Source: Lingula anatina
Taxonomy: Eukaryota; Animalia; Brachiopoda
Length of the DNA: 64,000 nt
Direction of reading: 5' to 3'
NCBI GenBank assembly: GCA_051362555.1
Contig: CM120643.1
Location: forward strand, 1,116,001 to 1,180,000
Numbering within the stretch: position 1 is the first letter of the stretch; every line of letters starts with the position of its first letter. Both the position numbers and the translations under genes were made by a program. Shown here in pieces: positions 1 to 14,695 of this stretch. The notes beneath the pieces were generated by a model that saw nothing but the letters and a program-made list of their open reading frames with translations, made no database searches and was not told the origin of the DNA.

Positions 1-2560
1 TAACTAAGGAGAATATACATTTATGCTTTTTTAAATATGTAGAAAATAGTTCACAACACTGATGCTTAATGAAGCTGCAGGAACAGCAAACCCCTAATTA
101 CGTGTTCGAGGAATCTCTTTCCTAGGTTTATACTAAGTTTGTTGTTTGTAAGCAAGGCACGTACTGAGTATGACGGCCGAATGTGAGCTACACGATTTTA
201 TCAATTAGGAGCTGAGGGTCGTGACTGAAATACAGGACCTTATTGCTGTGCATTTGTATTATGACCTCTCATACAATGTCTAGCTGGTAGTCTCATAACC
301 GAATATCATCTAGGAATTATGGTCTCACTGGTGTCATGGCTTTTCAAAACCTCCCCGGGTTTAAGCCAATGGCGACCTCGCTCAAAGTTACTCGTTGACT
401 ATGATGAATGCAACAGTGCATTTTAAATCCTTGCGACTGTGGTATAACTTTATAGCGAACTCTTTATCTAACAATATATAAATTAAAAAAGTTTTAACTT
501 GATCTTAGGCTCTGTGCTGTGAATTTATTGCTTTAGTATTTTATAAATGTTTATATTACACTTTCAAATAATTACCTAGGAAAGTCTACTATAAATAAAA
601 CAAATCAGTGATATAAACTGACTGATGAATGCCCGCCCCTATTATATTATGCCACGTTCCTCATGCAGACATAAAAAGAGAGTTTATTTTACGCCCGGGT
701 CAAAAGACAGGTTTCTTTCTTTTGCACTAAGATTAAGCTTCGTGTGGTACAATGAATCATATTTTTACCTATGTACAAGTATAGGCTATGTTCTACAACA
801 CCTACAAACTTAAGTTATAAAAATAATGCCGCATTTAAGATTTTCCAGTAAAGAATTTAAATGAGAAAGAAATGCCTTTTTCTATCAAGTTGTGGATCGT
901 AGATTCCAACATCAGCCGGTTATATTGACTTATTTTAATTGGGTTACAGGGGCGGATCCAAGATCATTTGAAGATGGGGGGGGGGGAGAGAGGTCTGCCG
1001 ACTCCCCCCCCCCCCATAGGTGTAACCAGGCATACGCAGGAATGCGCTGTGCGAGCAATTTTTTGGGCCAACCATGATAATATTCTCTATAAATTCAGTG
1101 TTTTTTTCAAGAAATAGACCTACATGGTACGTTTACGTCATCTGAATGTACAAATCCTCTGTATAATTTATATATGCACCATTGTTCTGACCCCCCTTCT
1201 CGTTTGCTTTCACACAACTGAGGTAAACAATACTAGTTCCTTTCAACAGTCCTATTTTAATCGTCAATCTAGCTGAACTTCCTTTACTTCTTTATTAGAA
1301 GGTTAAGAGCCCTTCGGCTCTCTGGTAGCTTTTGTCTTGAAAGTATCGAACGTGCTCTCGCTGAATTGAATTGATATATCTCAGGTAAAAATCTATCTGT
1401 GCGTTATTTTCAAAGAGCAGTTCCAGCAGACCTGGGGGCATTAGATAAAATCTGAAGATCGGGCTATACAACAAGCCAGAGAAACAAATGACAATAGATT
1501 TTTCCTGCGAAGCGTCAAAGAATTTTACATGGGCTTGTTCCAGCTAAGCCCTCCAAAGTAGGCCTAATAGGGTGGCTAGTGAGGCATTTTTTTTCAATTA
1601 AAAGCAAATAATTAAACTTTGTCTTAGCTTGTCGGAGCGGCAGTGGAAATTGTAAAAAAAATTCTTAAAGTAATTTGACATGTCCAGCTTTTATGATGCG
1701 TCACAGTTGAATGGTACTACTTTAATATTTAGTGCACGCTGTTATTCCGTCACGACGAAACTACTTATTTGTAACCCTCCCTCCCCATTGAATTTTTTCA
1801 TTTTTTTAAATATTTTTTTTTTTCATTTTATCCACTCCCCCCCCCCCCCATTTTTGACAGCCTGTACCCCAATCCTAGAAAAAGCGTTAGTTCGGGCTGA
1901 AATAATGTAATGGAAATTAATTAAATTTCCGGAATGTATTTTACTTTAACAGATGATTTTATTACTGATGAAAACTGAGCTACCAGTATGATATTTGGCA
2001 CTTTTAATTTTATTTGTACATTAAGTTGTTGCTGGGAATTTTGAAAATCTGTGCGTACAATTTTAAAAGGTCCCCTCAAGCTCGCCTACTAAGTGTAAAT
2101 CCAAGTGTCAGGTGAGCTGTCAAGATGGTCAAGTCTCTATTTCTGGCATTTACCTGTAAAAGTACTGGTGTGACAGGTATATAACACCTCCCTTATCTCG
2201 ATTCCCAATTATGGCCGTCTTGTATATCTGTGTGCGATAATTTTCAATTAAGACGTGTTTATTTTGACTTTGATGCATGATTTTTAAAGGTAAAATTCCC
2301 TGCATTAAGTACGATCACATTGTGCAAATTATTTCCAAGATTTTGTACCTCACTCCCTGTCTTACATCAAATATTTCGGGCATTTACCTGTTATAGTAGG
2401 CCTACTAGTGTGACAGGTAAATAACTTAATTCACGTCTTCTTATTAAATTCCCGTAAGGATAATTAAGTCGCATTGATCGCCAGATAAGATGGCCTTTAT
2501 TGCGTAACAATAAAGAAGCTAAGAGGCGTCATGTGATTAGATCGAGACGCAGTTGCCACA

Positions 2561-2585
2561 TGATTGGTTGTCTCCATATAAAAAC
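2561..2585 (+). promoter_or_regulatory. Putative Pol II core promoter (inverted CCAAT box + TATAAAA) upstream of the BEN-domain gene
   Basis: TGATTGG at ~2561 followed by CATATAAAAA at ~2576-2585, about 100 bp before the ATG at 2684 (context AACATGG). Confidence 0.35.
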
Positions 2586-2683
2586 GAGGCGCACATGAAT
2601 TTAATCTGGTTGTTATTTCGAAGACCAACGGCGAGTTCAGATAGTAGATACGGTCGGAGTAAAGTTGAAAAAGTTATACCAAC

Positions 2684-5600
2684 ATGGTGACACACGCTAT
2701 AGTGGAGTGGCAGGAGGACAATTCGCCAATAGATATTATCACCCTACTGTCCATCGTAAGGCCAAGAATAGAATTGGAGAAGTATAAAATTGGCCAGATA
2801 ATACATGCTAAGTGCCGAGGCTTTCCAGGAGACTATCCCGCTAGGATATTGCATATAGGAGGTAAGTTTTTCGTTATCTTATTAATTTTCCTGCTGAGAT
2901 GGACAACATGCTTCCTACACTAAGGTTTGTAAAATGTTAAGACCCACACTTTGGTGGCATGTCTAAAAAAAAATGTTTCTTGAAACCCATTAGTCGTCCG
3001 CCATCTTGGAAACCCGACGTGACAACACGGAACGGTTTTACCAACAAAATAGGGCGATTAACAATTGTATATAAATTACTTTATAATCAATATCATTGAT
3101 ATGACTTGACAAATCGACACAACATGTTTATTGTCTGTTCAGCCTCTATGTTGGCTAGTGTATTTTCTAGGGAATGGCCGTTCTCTTTGTTCATTTGCAT
3201 CTGCATTCATTTTTTCAAGATAATTGACTGGTGTTGCGCTGTAGCCTTTTGCGCTATATTCAGCGGCACGGATTGGAGAATAAAAGCTTGAAATAACATA
3301 TATGACTTTACAACAGTTGGATTTATTAGATGTCACCTACATGTTTATAAGACTAGACGGTTGGAAAATGTGATAATGTAAGATGTTTGTTGGTTTGGCT
3401 AAGGTAAAATGGAGGTCTGTATTTGGAATACTGAAATTTCTTCACTTTTTTTTCAGCGAATGATGCAGATATGAGGAAGATTTTGAGAAATTTGACTTCT
3501 GGGCAGAAAGAAAATCAAGGTAAGAAATGCTTCCAGAAAGATCTTTTTTCTCTCATAGATACATATTGTGTCATTTATTTGTAGGATTACATTTGTTAAC
3601 CATACAGTACTTAGATATTTTTATGACAATTAAGGCCATGTCAGATTACACTTAAAAATGTATTTGTCCTCACTTATTTTTTCTGGCCACAGGAGGATCA
3701 GGTCAGAGGTTGAACTGTGTTGATTGTATGCACCTAAGCAATTAATATGTAGCAATCCATTAGTTCAGAGAATTGTGCCAGACTAAAATAAAATTCAAAA
3801 ATGATAATTACAATTAATTAATCACCCTGCCATTTATTTATAAATCAGTTCGTTTTTTAGGTACTTATAAGAACAGTGTTAACCTTTCAGAGCCACCAAC
3901 AAGACCAAATAAAAAGACACCAGGTAATGTTTCGAAATGTTGTTTTATGTATAATTTTGAACTATTTTATTGGATGTAAAATATTATTATTCATGTGAAG
4001 AAATGTAGTGGGAATAAATTCCAAAACCACCATATATACACGATGATGAAAAGAAATTATACATACTTCCAAAGAAAATGCATAGGGGTATTTCTTTTTA
4101 GAAATGCTTCATGAATACCTTAACTGTTCTTTTACAGAAGTGTAAAATCTATCTCTGTGTTTATTATAGTACCTGCATCAGAGAAAAAGGAAGCAAAAAA
4201 AGGAAGATTGATGAAAGGAAAGAACTAGCAGAGAAAAGAAGAGAAGCCAGGAGGAGAAAATTTGAAAGTCTGGAAGCCCAATTCGATTTGGAGTTTCAGA
4301 GGTATTAGGAGTTGAACTTTATAAAAATAGAACAAAGTGTATCATAGAATTAATATTGAGAAAACCCATTTACTAAAGAAAATGAATGCAGGTAGAGAAA
4401 CTGCCTTCGTGAGAAATATAATTGTCAGGACAAACAGATAAACACATTTGCATTAATTAGATAATAATAGATAAAAAGTTGCCATTAATTTTAGAATAAC
4501 AAGGAATGATGAGGAGAGTGATCAAGAAAAAGCTAATAGAGAGAGTGAAACAACAGGAAATAGAAAGAAAACAGGTAATTTTATCAAAAATGAAATTTTC
4601 AAAATTCATTAAGTTTATTAAATTGCATATTTATTTCACATGTGTTGGACAGATGGTCAAGGGTTTGTGAGAAGAAATAAAACCCCAAAAATTCATAATG
4701 TTTCAAATGTACTTGGGTTTGCAAAGGATTAGACTTGTACATAGAAGAGATGCAGAGAATTTTTCTTAATCATTGTTCCTTTAACATGTAGGCCTATGTG
4801 TTTATTCTCAGAGCCTATGTCATCAGAAACAAGGAATGCAGGAAATGCTGGGCAAGAATCTGACGGGGATGTGGAGTGAGTTTTCACCTTTAAATTGTAT
4901 TGTCATGAGCTTGTAAGAAAGTTTTGGGGTTGAATTGTGTAAGATAAAGTATTAACACGCCTGATATTTTAAAGTTACAATCTACATGCTCACAAACATT
5001 ACCTAAATCCTGAGGTGTATGAGAGTCATCCTATCTTCGTATTTTTGCTGGTATACTTTAAAATAACTAATACTTAATACTTTTCTACATTTTTAGATAT
5101 GATTTGGTGCTGGGAGATTTTTCTGATGAAGAAGAGACTTTGTAAGTAACTTTATCTGTAGTAGTAGACAAATTAAAATAAATATTATTTATTTTATTGT
5201 TATGATTGAGATTTGTATTGATTACATTTGCAGTCTTGTATCTCAATTCGGTCCTTCCATTTTTGCCATTAAAATTTGAATAAAGGATCACTTCAAAGAG
5301 TCGTCCCTTTTTTCTCATATAGGTATAGGTCTTTGGACGGAGCGGGGACTGTGTAAGTTACTGTTAGAATACGTGATGTTATGTATAAATGATCAGTAAT
5401 TTTACTGTTTTATTTTTGCTGATCAAGATTTTGATAAGTTACTATTTTATTTCATTTTATTACTTGCAGAGCTTGTAATGCTAAGGGCTACCCCAAGATT
5501 GCCCAGAAACAACCAAGGCAACAGTTCAGGTAACAAATTCATATATTGTTTTTTACAATAATAACTAGTTAATTGAGTCTCATACAGATAACTGTGCTAT

Positions 5601-7723
5601 GAATTTTTAAAGGTAAAGAATATATGGTAAATTTTTCCATCCCTATTACAATTTTTTTTCAGAAGACATTTCCCTTTGTCATCATCTGACAAACATCCCA
5701 ATATAGACCCAAAATACAATTGCTATTGACACAATACTGTAGAGATTTCAGTAATCAATAAAATTTGTCATGATTTTCAGAGATGAGGAGAGAATTGAAG
5801 TGAACAAAGAGACTCAAAGGTGAGATGTGATTTCTAAAATGATTATAAGGCTACTAAAGATTAAAACCAACAACAACAAAAAGGGAACATCTCTTCAATT
5901 ATATGTAAGGGCATTAAATGTGCCACCAACAAAATAGTAAAAATGTAATTGTGTTGGATTTTTATAGTGAGCCATTGGTGTAATATGGATGAATAACCAT
6001 TGTTATGATTTGTACTTCCAGAAGTACTGATTGTGATAATTGTAGGTGTTTGAAGTGTGGTGAGTATAACTTCGATGCTTCAATAACTTCAAGCCATTTG
6101 AGTAAACTATTAACTAAAACACCTCAAACACAAATGCATTAAATATTAAATAAAATGCACTCAATAATTGTTTTATGAGCAATAGCTTAGACCATCGTCT
6201 AAGTGTACCTAAGGCATTTTGAAATGGAAGTAGCCGATGTCAACATATATTTTTTTCTGATAGTAATTTGTTGCCTTGAAAGTGGAGTGGCAAACATATT
6301 GAACCTAATATTTTAGTATCAATCCTTTAAAGCATATTATCAAAGTTTTGGGTGGTGCGAGCCATAAACCCGACTGTTGAAATTTTAATTATGCTTCTTG
6401 TATTTCCAGAGGTGGAAAAACTGCAGGAAAAAATAAAGCAATTGGAGCATATTAAATTCATATGTAGGTTGTTTTACAGATATTTTTTAATTTTTTTATT
6501 TTTGTATTGTTATTTATTTATTTATTTATTTATATATTTATTTATTTATTTATCTTAATATTACAACTTTTACTTAAATAGATGTTCCTGGAAACAGCAT
6601 ATTTAAAACTAGTGTCATACTGTCATGTCAATCTAGTTTAAAAAGCACTGCACTGATCTAACTACAAGCCAGGGTTTTATTTCAAACCTTATTTTCTGCC
6701 CATGATGCTTGTTAAATAGTGCCAAACTTGCTTAATGAACCTTATGTAAATTATGCGGTGTACATACCAGAAAATTGAGGTTAGTAGAACAGCTTTTATA
6801 ACAAGCTTTAATAACTAAACTTATAAAACAGAAATCTGGTCATATGGAGTGAGTACTAGTTTAAATACTAAACAAGGAATATATATTTTGTGTTTGTTTG
6901 CAGAGGATGATTATGAAATTCCCAGGCCAGGTCTCTTACCAAAGGAAATTGGAGAAAAATAGAAGGTATGTGTTTTAATAATTATACTAACTTGTTTGTA
7001 GTATGTCCATTGTCATGTGTCATTGTTAATTTTATTTTAGCCCATTTATTCTTTGGTGCTTGTGTTTCTCTTTGATGATAAGTAAAATGTCACTATCCAA
7101 CATTCCTGTGGATTTGTTGTTTAATTAAATTTATCATACTCATCTTGTGCCTTTCTGCTTAATTTGTAGATGTGTTTTGTATGTACAATTAGTTTAAATC
7201 ATTTTTATGATTATGTCTTTTCACTAGATGGTTGAGCTGGTCCCAGGCAGTTCGGTATATATTCCTCGCCCGGACCTTGTTTCTTGTTTCAAACCTGGGA
7301 AGGTGAAGAAAGGTAGTGTGCAACATGGTTTGAGGACGGCTAGGCTGCTGATGTCAGTTTTCTTCAGCAGAAAAGAACTGGCTAACTGCACTCTAACTAG
7401 CTCTACTGAGGGGAAAAAGCAGCTGAATCCCAGGATAATTAAAGCTATAATAGGTAAATAACTTGTGACCTACTTTTATAGTCTGAGTGCATGTACACCC
7501 TTAAATTAATGGAAAAATGTTGGTTAAGAATTTTTTTTTTAATTAGCAAGTGTTGCAAGTGAAAGGTATAGTATTAACGACACATATTTTTCTTAATCTG
7601 TTTGATTTATTGTATGTTTCAGACACCTGTTCGCAAAGCAGTCCAGCCACCCCAGGCAAACTGCGGCAGGCCATAGCCTGCAAAATTACAGCATTTTCCT
7701 GCAAAGCAAGAAAAACAAAAAGG
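2684..7723 (+). CDS. Multi-exon BEN-domain protein gene with an N-terminal Tudor/PWWP-like module; possibly degenerate and transposon-associated
   Basis: Exon 1 is 2684-2861 (MVTHAIVEWQED...KYKIGQIIHAKCRGFPGDYPARILHIG|gtaagt). A series of small GT-AG exons follows (e.g. ~3457-3519, ~3890-3922, ~4813-4875, ~6904-6965). Exons 7228-~7454 and ~7623-7723 encode RTARLLMSVFFSRKELANCTLTS..GKKQLNPRIIKAII..LRQAIACK, a BEN-domain signature. An apparent in-frame TAG at ~6960 suggests a lesion. The 3' end is uncertain. Confidence 0.6.
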
Positions 7724-8254
7724 TGTGTATATATGTACTCACTTTTTAAAAAACAACTTAATGAAAGGCAGTGTTGTAAAAGGTGGCTTTAAATATATTG
7801 GCTGCTATTATAGAACAAAAAACAATCAAACGTACTGGAATTGTGATTCCAATTGTTTTTATTTTATTTGTAGCAGCCCATGTGAAGACACAGAAGACAA
7901 TGAATGGATGGGATATCTGCCATGAGAGAACAATAGGTGTGTGTTTTGAGCTGTTATCTAACCTTTATTCACAAAAAAAATTATTTTTCAACACTTAATG
8001 CAAGTCATAGTGGTAAAAGCTGTTATTTATTATCTTGATTGCTATTTCAGTTAAAGAATTCCCAGAAAAAAAAAACAATCAACTTATCAGAACTATTTTT
8101 TTTTACTTTTAGGACCAGATCAGATCACACTTATAAGGAGAAGGTTGATGTACCAAGAAAAAGTCATATTCACAATCTGTCTTTTTAAAGTGAAATTTTG
8201 TATAAAACAGTATTTAATAAACGATAAGAAACTTCAATCTGTCTTTTTTATATG

Positions 8255-9240
8255 CGGTACACGAGCATTTTTTTCATGTACTCCAAATCTACCTCCGCGA
8301 AGCAGTACGCGAGCATGTTTTTTTTTCATATACTCCAAATCTACTACTGCGAAGCAGAAGGCGAGTATTGCTCTCTTTCTCATATACTCCAAATTTACCT
8401 CAATTGGACCAGTACGCGAGCATTGTTTATTTCTCATATACTCCAAATCTACCACCGCGAAGCATAACGCGAGCATTGCTATCTTTCTCATATATACTCC
8501 AAAACTACTTCCGCGGAGCAGTACGCGAGAATTTTTTATTTCTCATATACTCCAAATCTACCACCGCGAAGTATAACGCGAGCATTGATATCTTTCTCAT
8601 ATACCCCAAAACTACTTCCGCACAGCAGCATGCGAGCATTGCTCTTTTTTTCATATACTCCAAATCTACCTCCACGGAGCATAACGCGAGCATTATTAAT
8701 CATATACTCCAAATCTACCACCGCGAAGCATAACGCGAGCATTGCTTTCTTTGTCATATACTCCAAAACTACTTCCGCGGAGCAGTTCTCGAGCATACTT
8801 TTTTTTCATATACTACAGATCTACCTCCGAGCAGCAGCACGCGAGCATTGTTTATTTCTCATATACTCCAAATGTACCAACGCGAAGCATAACACGAGCA
8901 TTGATTTTTCTCCTATACTCCAAAACTACCTCTGCGGAGCAGTACTCGAGCATAATTTTTTCTCATATACTGAAAATCTACCTCCGCGAGCGTTGCTTTT
9001 TTCTCATAAATATTTTAATATTTTTGCCGTGAGAATTATAATGTAAGAAGTAATTAAGACAGCGAACGATGTAAAATTATAACACATTCAAATAAAACAT
9101 TTTAATATGCTCCAAATCTACCTCCACGGAGCAGTACGCGAGCATTGGTTTTTTTCTCGTGTACTCCAAATCTACCTCCGCAGAGCAGTGTGCGAGCATC
9201 ATGCTTTTTGCTTTATACCTCAAATCTACCTCTGTTGAGT
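8255..9240. repeat. ~53-bp minisatellite (~17 degenerate copies)
   Basis: Consensus TCATATACTCCAAATCTACCWCCGCGRAGCAKWACGCGAGCATT plus a T-rich linker recurs every ~50-56 bp. It produces the spurious overlapping ORFs at 8145-9327. Confidence 0.9.
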
Positions 9241-10399
9241 ATCTTTAAAGTATCCGATGCGCATAATGCAGTGCAGCATAAACGTAATGCTTTATCTCTA
9301 CTGCATCGGAGTAGATTTGGTAGCTAATAACCTTGCGCGCGTTATACGTCACAGGTCTTGCGTAACTACCCACGTGCTACGATTTTTCCCTTGGGGGGGC
9401 AGCAAGCGGCCATTTTGTACAGGAGCAATGTATAGATGGGTGAAAACGATACGTTGTTTTTAACCAAAAACGATGTCCCCGGGGCAAAACTGCCAACACC
9501 AAAAGTAAAGGAGCATACCAACGTTGTTTTGAAACGATGTGGTTAGCCTGTCAGTGACGAGTTAGGGAGAAAAGAGCAGCACTGATAGCAAGGTACTGTA
9601 TACACGTGAACCGGCAAAGTTAATGATGATTTCATGTTGCAAAAGCATAATTAAATCAGTTAGTTATTTTCCAAACGATATTATTTGAATAGCAGATACG
9701 TAAATCAAACTAACAACAATAAACATTTTTGATGACATTGAAAATCAAAACCTGCGGTGCACGATAGGTTGAGGAGGACACTGCCACAGCAAGTAATGCA
9801 TGAATTTTGTTACACAACACCATATGCTTGTGTCATTGTTAATTCTGTGGTATTATTACTCAATTTACTGCTCAAATTAATACATGATACTATTTCTCAG
9901 GCTAGCAAGTACAAATCAACTTATTTTGTGGCAATTGATCTCCATGTTCCATCTTGTGTGCAGGTTGTTTATTATTATTATTATTTGTTCAAGCACATTT
10001 TAATAAAGTGTCTATGCTTTAACAAGAGAAATTTATGCTGAAGTTTAAAAGATTAAATCATCAGTAGTATGTACAATTAAAGCTATTTATTTGATTATGC
10101 ATATTTGATTTTCAGTTATCTTGATTATGATATGAGGTTTCTGCATTTTTCTCTTGCCCTCGAATCAATATCTAACAAGTAAATTGATGGTGCTTTATTA
10201 CAATTTTTGCTTTATACTTTCAGATGTAAAAACTGTGTAGCAGTTGGTAAAGCTGTAGAGATTGATGTGAGCATAGATCAGGGGAAATGGTATTAGAGAA
10301 ACTAGGAGGACAAGACATAGATAATGTACTAGTAGATCCATCATCACAGCAAGAATAGATGGTGTGATCTTGTCCTGAAGCCATGCCACAAGTTTTCAA

Positions 10400-10612
10400 A
10401 CTGGTTGAGTCCTTACTAAGACAAGCTGCTGCGGTGTGAATCCCAATATGTACATTCAGGTTATACGTGGCAGATTTATGACAAAAGAGACCTTCACAAT
10501 ATACTTCAAAGAAGTTATTCTTGCATCTATGCCTCATCAAAAGTACACAGTTACAGTGACTAGAACATTGTCTGCAAATAGTGAGGCAGTGAAGGCTGCA
10601 AGGTGCCATTGT
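10400..10612 (+). pseudogene. Fragment resembling the segment leading into a SWIM zinc finger (transposon-associated)
   Basis: EVILASMPHQKYTVTVTRTLSANSEAVKAARCHC matches the beta-strand + CxC pattern of SWIM domains. The downstream CxH half is not seen. Confidence 0.35.
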
Positions 10613-12574
10613 TTTTCAGTATTAAGAATGACAGTATCTGTTATTTATTTATTTATTTTTATTTCTCATTTTTAATGGGAGGGAGACTCACTTTGTTCTT
10701 TCTATGCCCATTCAGTTAAGGGTTGATGGCAATATATGGTAAATCTGTCATGCCTGTATGTAGAATTTCTCTGGCTCAAATTTCTACATTTATTGGGTGC
10801 ATTATGAAGTTTCCTGACTGATTAATGAGGTTACTTGTAGAAATATCTTGCTTACACACATTTTGTGATATTTTTACTACTTATTCACATCTCACCAGTG
10901 GTGTGTGAAAGGTACTTGGTATTTGCATTTTAGAACTGTAGATCTGTGTACCAGCAGGGTTATATTTCATATATCTGCGAATGTTTCTTAAAATAAGCTT
11001 CATGTTTGATAATTAATTGGTTTGAAATAAATAAATAAATAACCCAAATAAAATCAATTCATTTTATATTTCACATAATTTGTTTTTATTATTCTTCTAA
11101 GCATTTAATCATAACGTCTCCCATCATTATACTGTTATTGTGTAATAACATTGAAAGTTTCCAAGTTTTTATTAACAGGTTGATGCTAACGTATTACAAA
11201 TGAATGTAAGCATAAAAGCATATTTCCTTACTCAAATGTATCAAACGTACCACTGGCATAATACCGGTAAAGATACAGGTAAAGATGACAGCATTGATAA
11301 CTGGGTTTACAGCGCTGTTAGTGCAGCTTGGTTAGTGTCAGATTGTTATCTGATAAAGTTTGCTACTAGTACCTGAGAACAAAAGGTCTGGCACTCGACA
11401 ATCAAGTTGATAAAATCACAAAACACCTGTAGAAAATAGAGTATACCCTGTACCTGCCCAACATTGATTTGTTCTGATTCTTGACTAAGGGGTGCGTTAC
11501 AGGTGTCAAGGGCCAAGACTTGAACTTAGGGGTTTGGCATGTCACTGGGCATTACCCCCGATTTCTGTCCAAATCTAATAAAGCCTCAGTTGCTTAACTT
11601 TCTCCAAATTTCCAATATCTATAGGTTGTGTTGTTTAATGCTTGGGGTCTCTTCTCTGGCGGCGGTTAATTGGGGACATCTGTGCGGCCTGTCAACGCAC
11701 CTAGATTCACTTTTGCCGGTGCCACATTTTCAATTGCCGTAAATATCAAATTCATGAATAGAATAAGGAAAAATGACAGTTATGAAAAAAATGTTTGGAA
11801 GTACCTGTCACTTTCGCCACAGTAACCATATGGGCTGTGATGCCCCCCCACCACAGGCGACACCTTGCGGAGCAAGCGTGCGTAATCCAGGGTGCAACTG
11901 AAAATAACCTTGACGCGCGACCTTATTAGCATATTTGAAACACGCTTCAATCATGCTGCGAATCTACTGCATTAATGCTCCTCCGCTGTACAACCCTATG
12001 TAATTTTTGAAGTAGAATTGCAGTAGGCTCTACTGCATTTCTACTGCAAATATGCTCCACACCACTACTGCGTTAATGCTTCTTTGCTACTTCGATACTA
12101 CTGCATTTTTGTGCGGGAATATACACAACTGCAGCTACTGGTAAATGAACAGAAAAAAGTATAGAGAAACACGTTCCTTTCTTCGAACTGGGTCTATACA
12201 CAAACTTGTTTTTTATTTGAAAGCTGTTTGCATTAAGAACACAAGAGCACAAAGAATACGAATTCCTTTGTGTGTTGCGGCATACAATGAAATAGTTCAA
12301 GGTACGCGATTTTATCGCGAGACTCACGTCTGATGTGGTTATTTTTAACTTAGCGTTTTTCCGGAGCTGTTTCGATAAATTGCGCAGTAAACTAGCAACA
12401 CCAAGTTACCTGAGGTTTTAGATATCAGAGCAGTAACGACATTTCGGTAAGTTCATCAAGGGCGGCTAAACATTAATTTGTCCATCAACTAAATTACAGG
12501 CGCGGTTCCTTTAGCACCGTGCGATGCCCAAATGTTTACGAAAATCCATGTAACACTCTACCAGGGTCAAATAT

Positions 12575-14695
12575 TACAACCAGCCCAGGATGGCAAGGTT
12601 GGGGTCAGCGGATTTCAACCAAATTTGTTGTTTGGAGGCATATTAGATAGTTATCCATGAGTTAGGAAGGAATCCCAAAAATATCCTTTCTTAGGAGTAT
12701 TACAGCCTATAATAGGTCATGGCTTATGTAGCCTCTTTGAGACTCCATTTTACCTTGGAAAAATAATGATATATATTTGTGTAAATTAAACACAAATGAA
12801 GAAACTAAAAAATATTAGACCTTACAAACATTGAAACAATTATTTGGCTTGCCACAGATATATGTAGAATTCAGATAAGACCCCGCCCATTTATAACACC
12901 CCTCCCCCAAAGTCCAATTTTAACACTAAGAGTTTTAATTGCATTTATCTCCATCTTCTCAGGGTTTACAGTTATAAAACTGCATGAATATATTAGGCAG
13001 ATAAGGGTCACATTAAATCAAGTTTCAAAAGTTACTGCTGTATTAGAACAGATACTGAAAAATACCCCCAAAATTGGTCATTTTTAAGGCAAAAAAATCG
13101 TGGTGGATTCATTCAAGTCTATGTTGATAATGGGTTTGATTAATTTATTAAAACATTTTGCCATACAATGTTGTTACTAAATTAATAGGGATATTGAGCA
13201 CGGAAAGTGGATGTGTACTAATGAATACCAGGTCAGTGGGTCATAGGCCAAGGTCACTGGGCTTCATTTTTGTAAATTGCCATATATGGACTTTTTAATT
13301 TGTATAGACAAAAAGTTAAGAGGCAATAAATCTTATATCCTATCACTTCGGCACTGGCAATTAACTTGGGAGTTTACATGATCATTTTACTATTTTCTAA
13401 AAAATATCATCAATGTAAATATAGTTAATATCATAGTTTAATAACCAATGTATTTTTGGTGCAATATATATCATATAGCAGATCAGGATATGTCATAGTA
13501 TTTATGAAAGCAAAGCCAGGGCAAATCTTCTTAATTTTTAAGAGTTCTTATTTTTTTATCGTTCACACCACTCTTTGGTGACTGTTAATTAATTTATAAG
13601 CATACAATAACTAAAAAATTATTCAAATTATTTTATTGTTGTCTCAGATGAATAATTACCAAAATAAAAAAAAAAGAAATACAAAATTATAATACAGCAA
13701 TACATGCAAAGCAGTTCAACATTAGTTGTGATCATTGCAAACTATATCATAATGTAGCAAAACAAGATAAGTTTCCATTCAAAAGCAAAACTTAAACAAC
13801 CGCAAAATATATCCTGGTATTATGAAGCATCTTTGCAGTTTTATATAAAATATTACAGCTCATAACATTAAAGGTTTTTTATACATTCTACAAAAATAAC
13901 TTCCGATTTGTCCTTCCTGAATAGTCTGTAACCCTTCTTACTGACATTTGCATGCTCACAAATGCTAGGTCCTGCTGGCCTGTTTCTCGTGCCCTTCTAA
14001 ACTCCTTCAGTAAAATTAGTAACGATAGTACATTAGTTTCACATGATTTTGAAATGTGTTAGATGCTTGTTTTAACCAGAAAAAAATTAGAATAGGTTAA
14101 ATGAAAATAAAAAGGCCAACTAATAATAATAACTAATAATAAAAAGGCCAACTAATAATATGAAAAATTAAGAAAATAGGTCATGTTCTATAAGTTACAA
14201 CGGACAAGTTGTAGAACAGCAGTTAAGTTTTTATTCCGTGTATAAATAGATTAATGAGTTATCTGTTAGTCCTGAATACACTATAAAAGACATGTGAAGA
14301 TGAAGATATTGTCCAAAATAGAAGGGTTGTTCAAAGCATGTGGTTCGTAGCCCTGAGAAAAACGTTTGGTTTGTTACCATGGAAACAAAGAGAGTGAAAA
14401 AAGTGTATTCCATTTTAATCCCCTAGCTCTAGGTTATAATATATCACCAAAATTAATCATTTGGTGAAACCTGTTTAAACTGTAAGGCTAATTTATATAA
14501 CCCTGTTTTTAAGATGAATTTTTGGTTGATAAACCCCCAAATTGCCAATGGCTATATCTCTGAAAGGAGGGATTTGTTTCAGGAAATATTACAGCCTCAG
14601 ATGTTGTTCATATAAAGGCTCAAACACACCAAATATGGTGTTAATCCGTTCAGCCCCATTCTGCCGCATTTTCTGCATTTGGTCTGGTTTTCTCG
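12575..14695. mobile_element. Possible old non-autonomous DNA transposon with imperfect terminal inverted repeats
   Basis: GGGGTCAGCGGATTTCAACCAAATTTGTTGTTTG (~12601) resembles the reverse complement of CAAACACACCAAATATGGTGTTAATCCGTTCAGCCCC (~14621-14657). There is no coding capacity and no TSD was resolved. Confidence 0.3.

Noticed and set aside
8255-9240. CRISPR-like array
   Set aside because: The whole unit repeats with degeneracy. There are no unique spacers or cas genes, and the DNA is eukaryotic.
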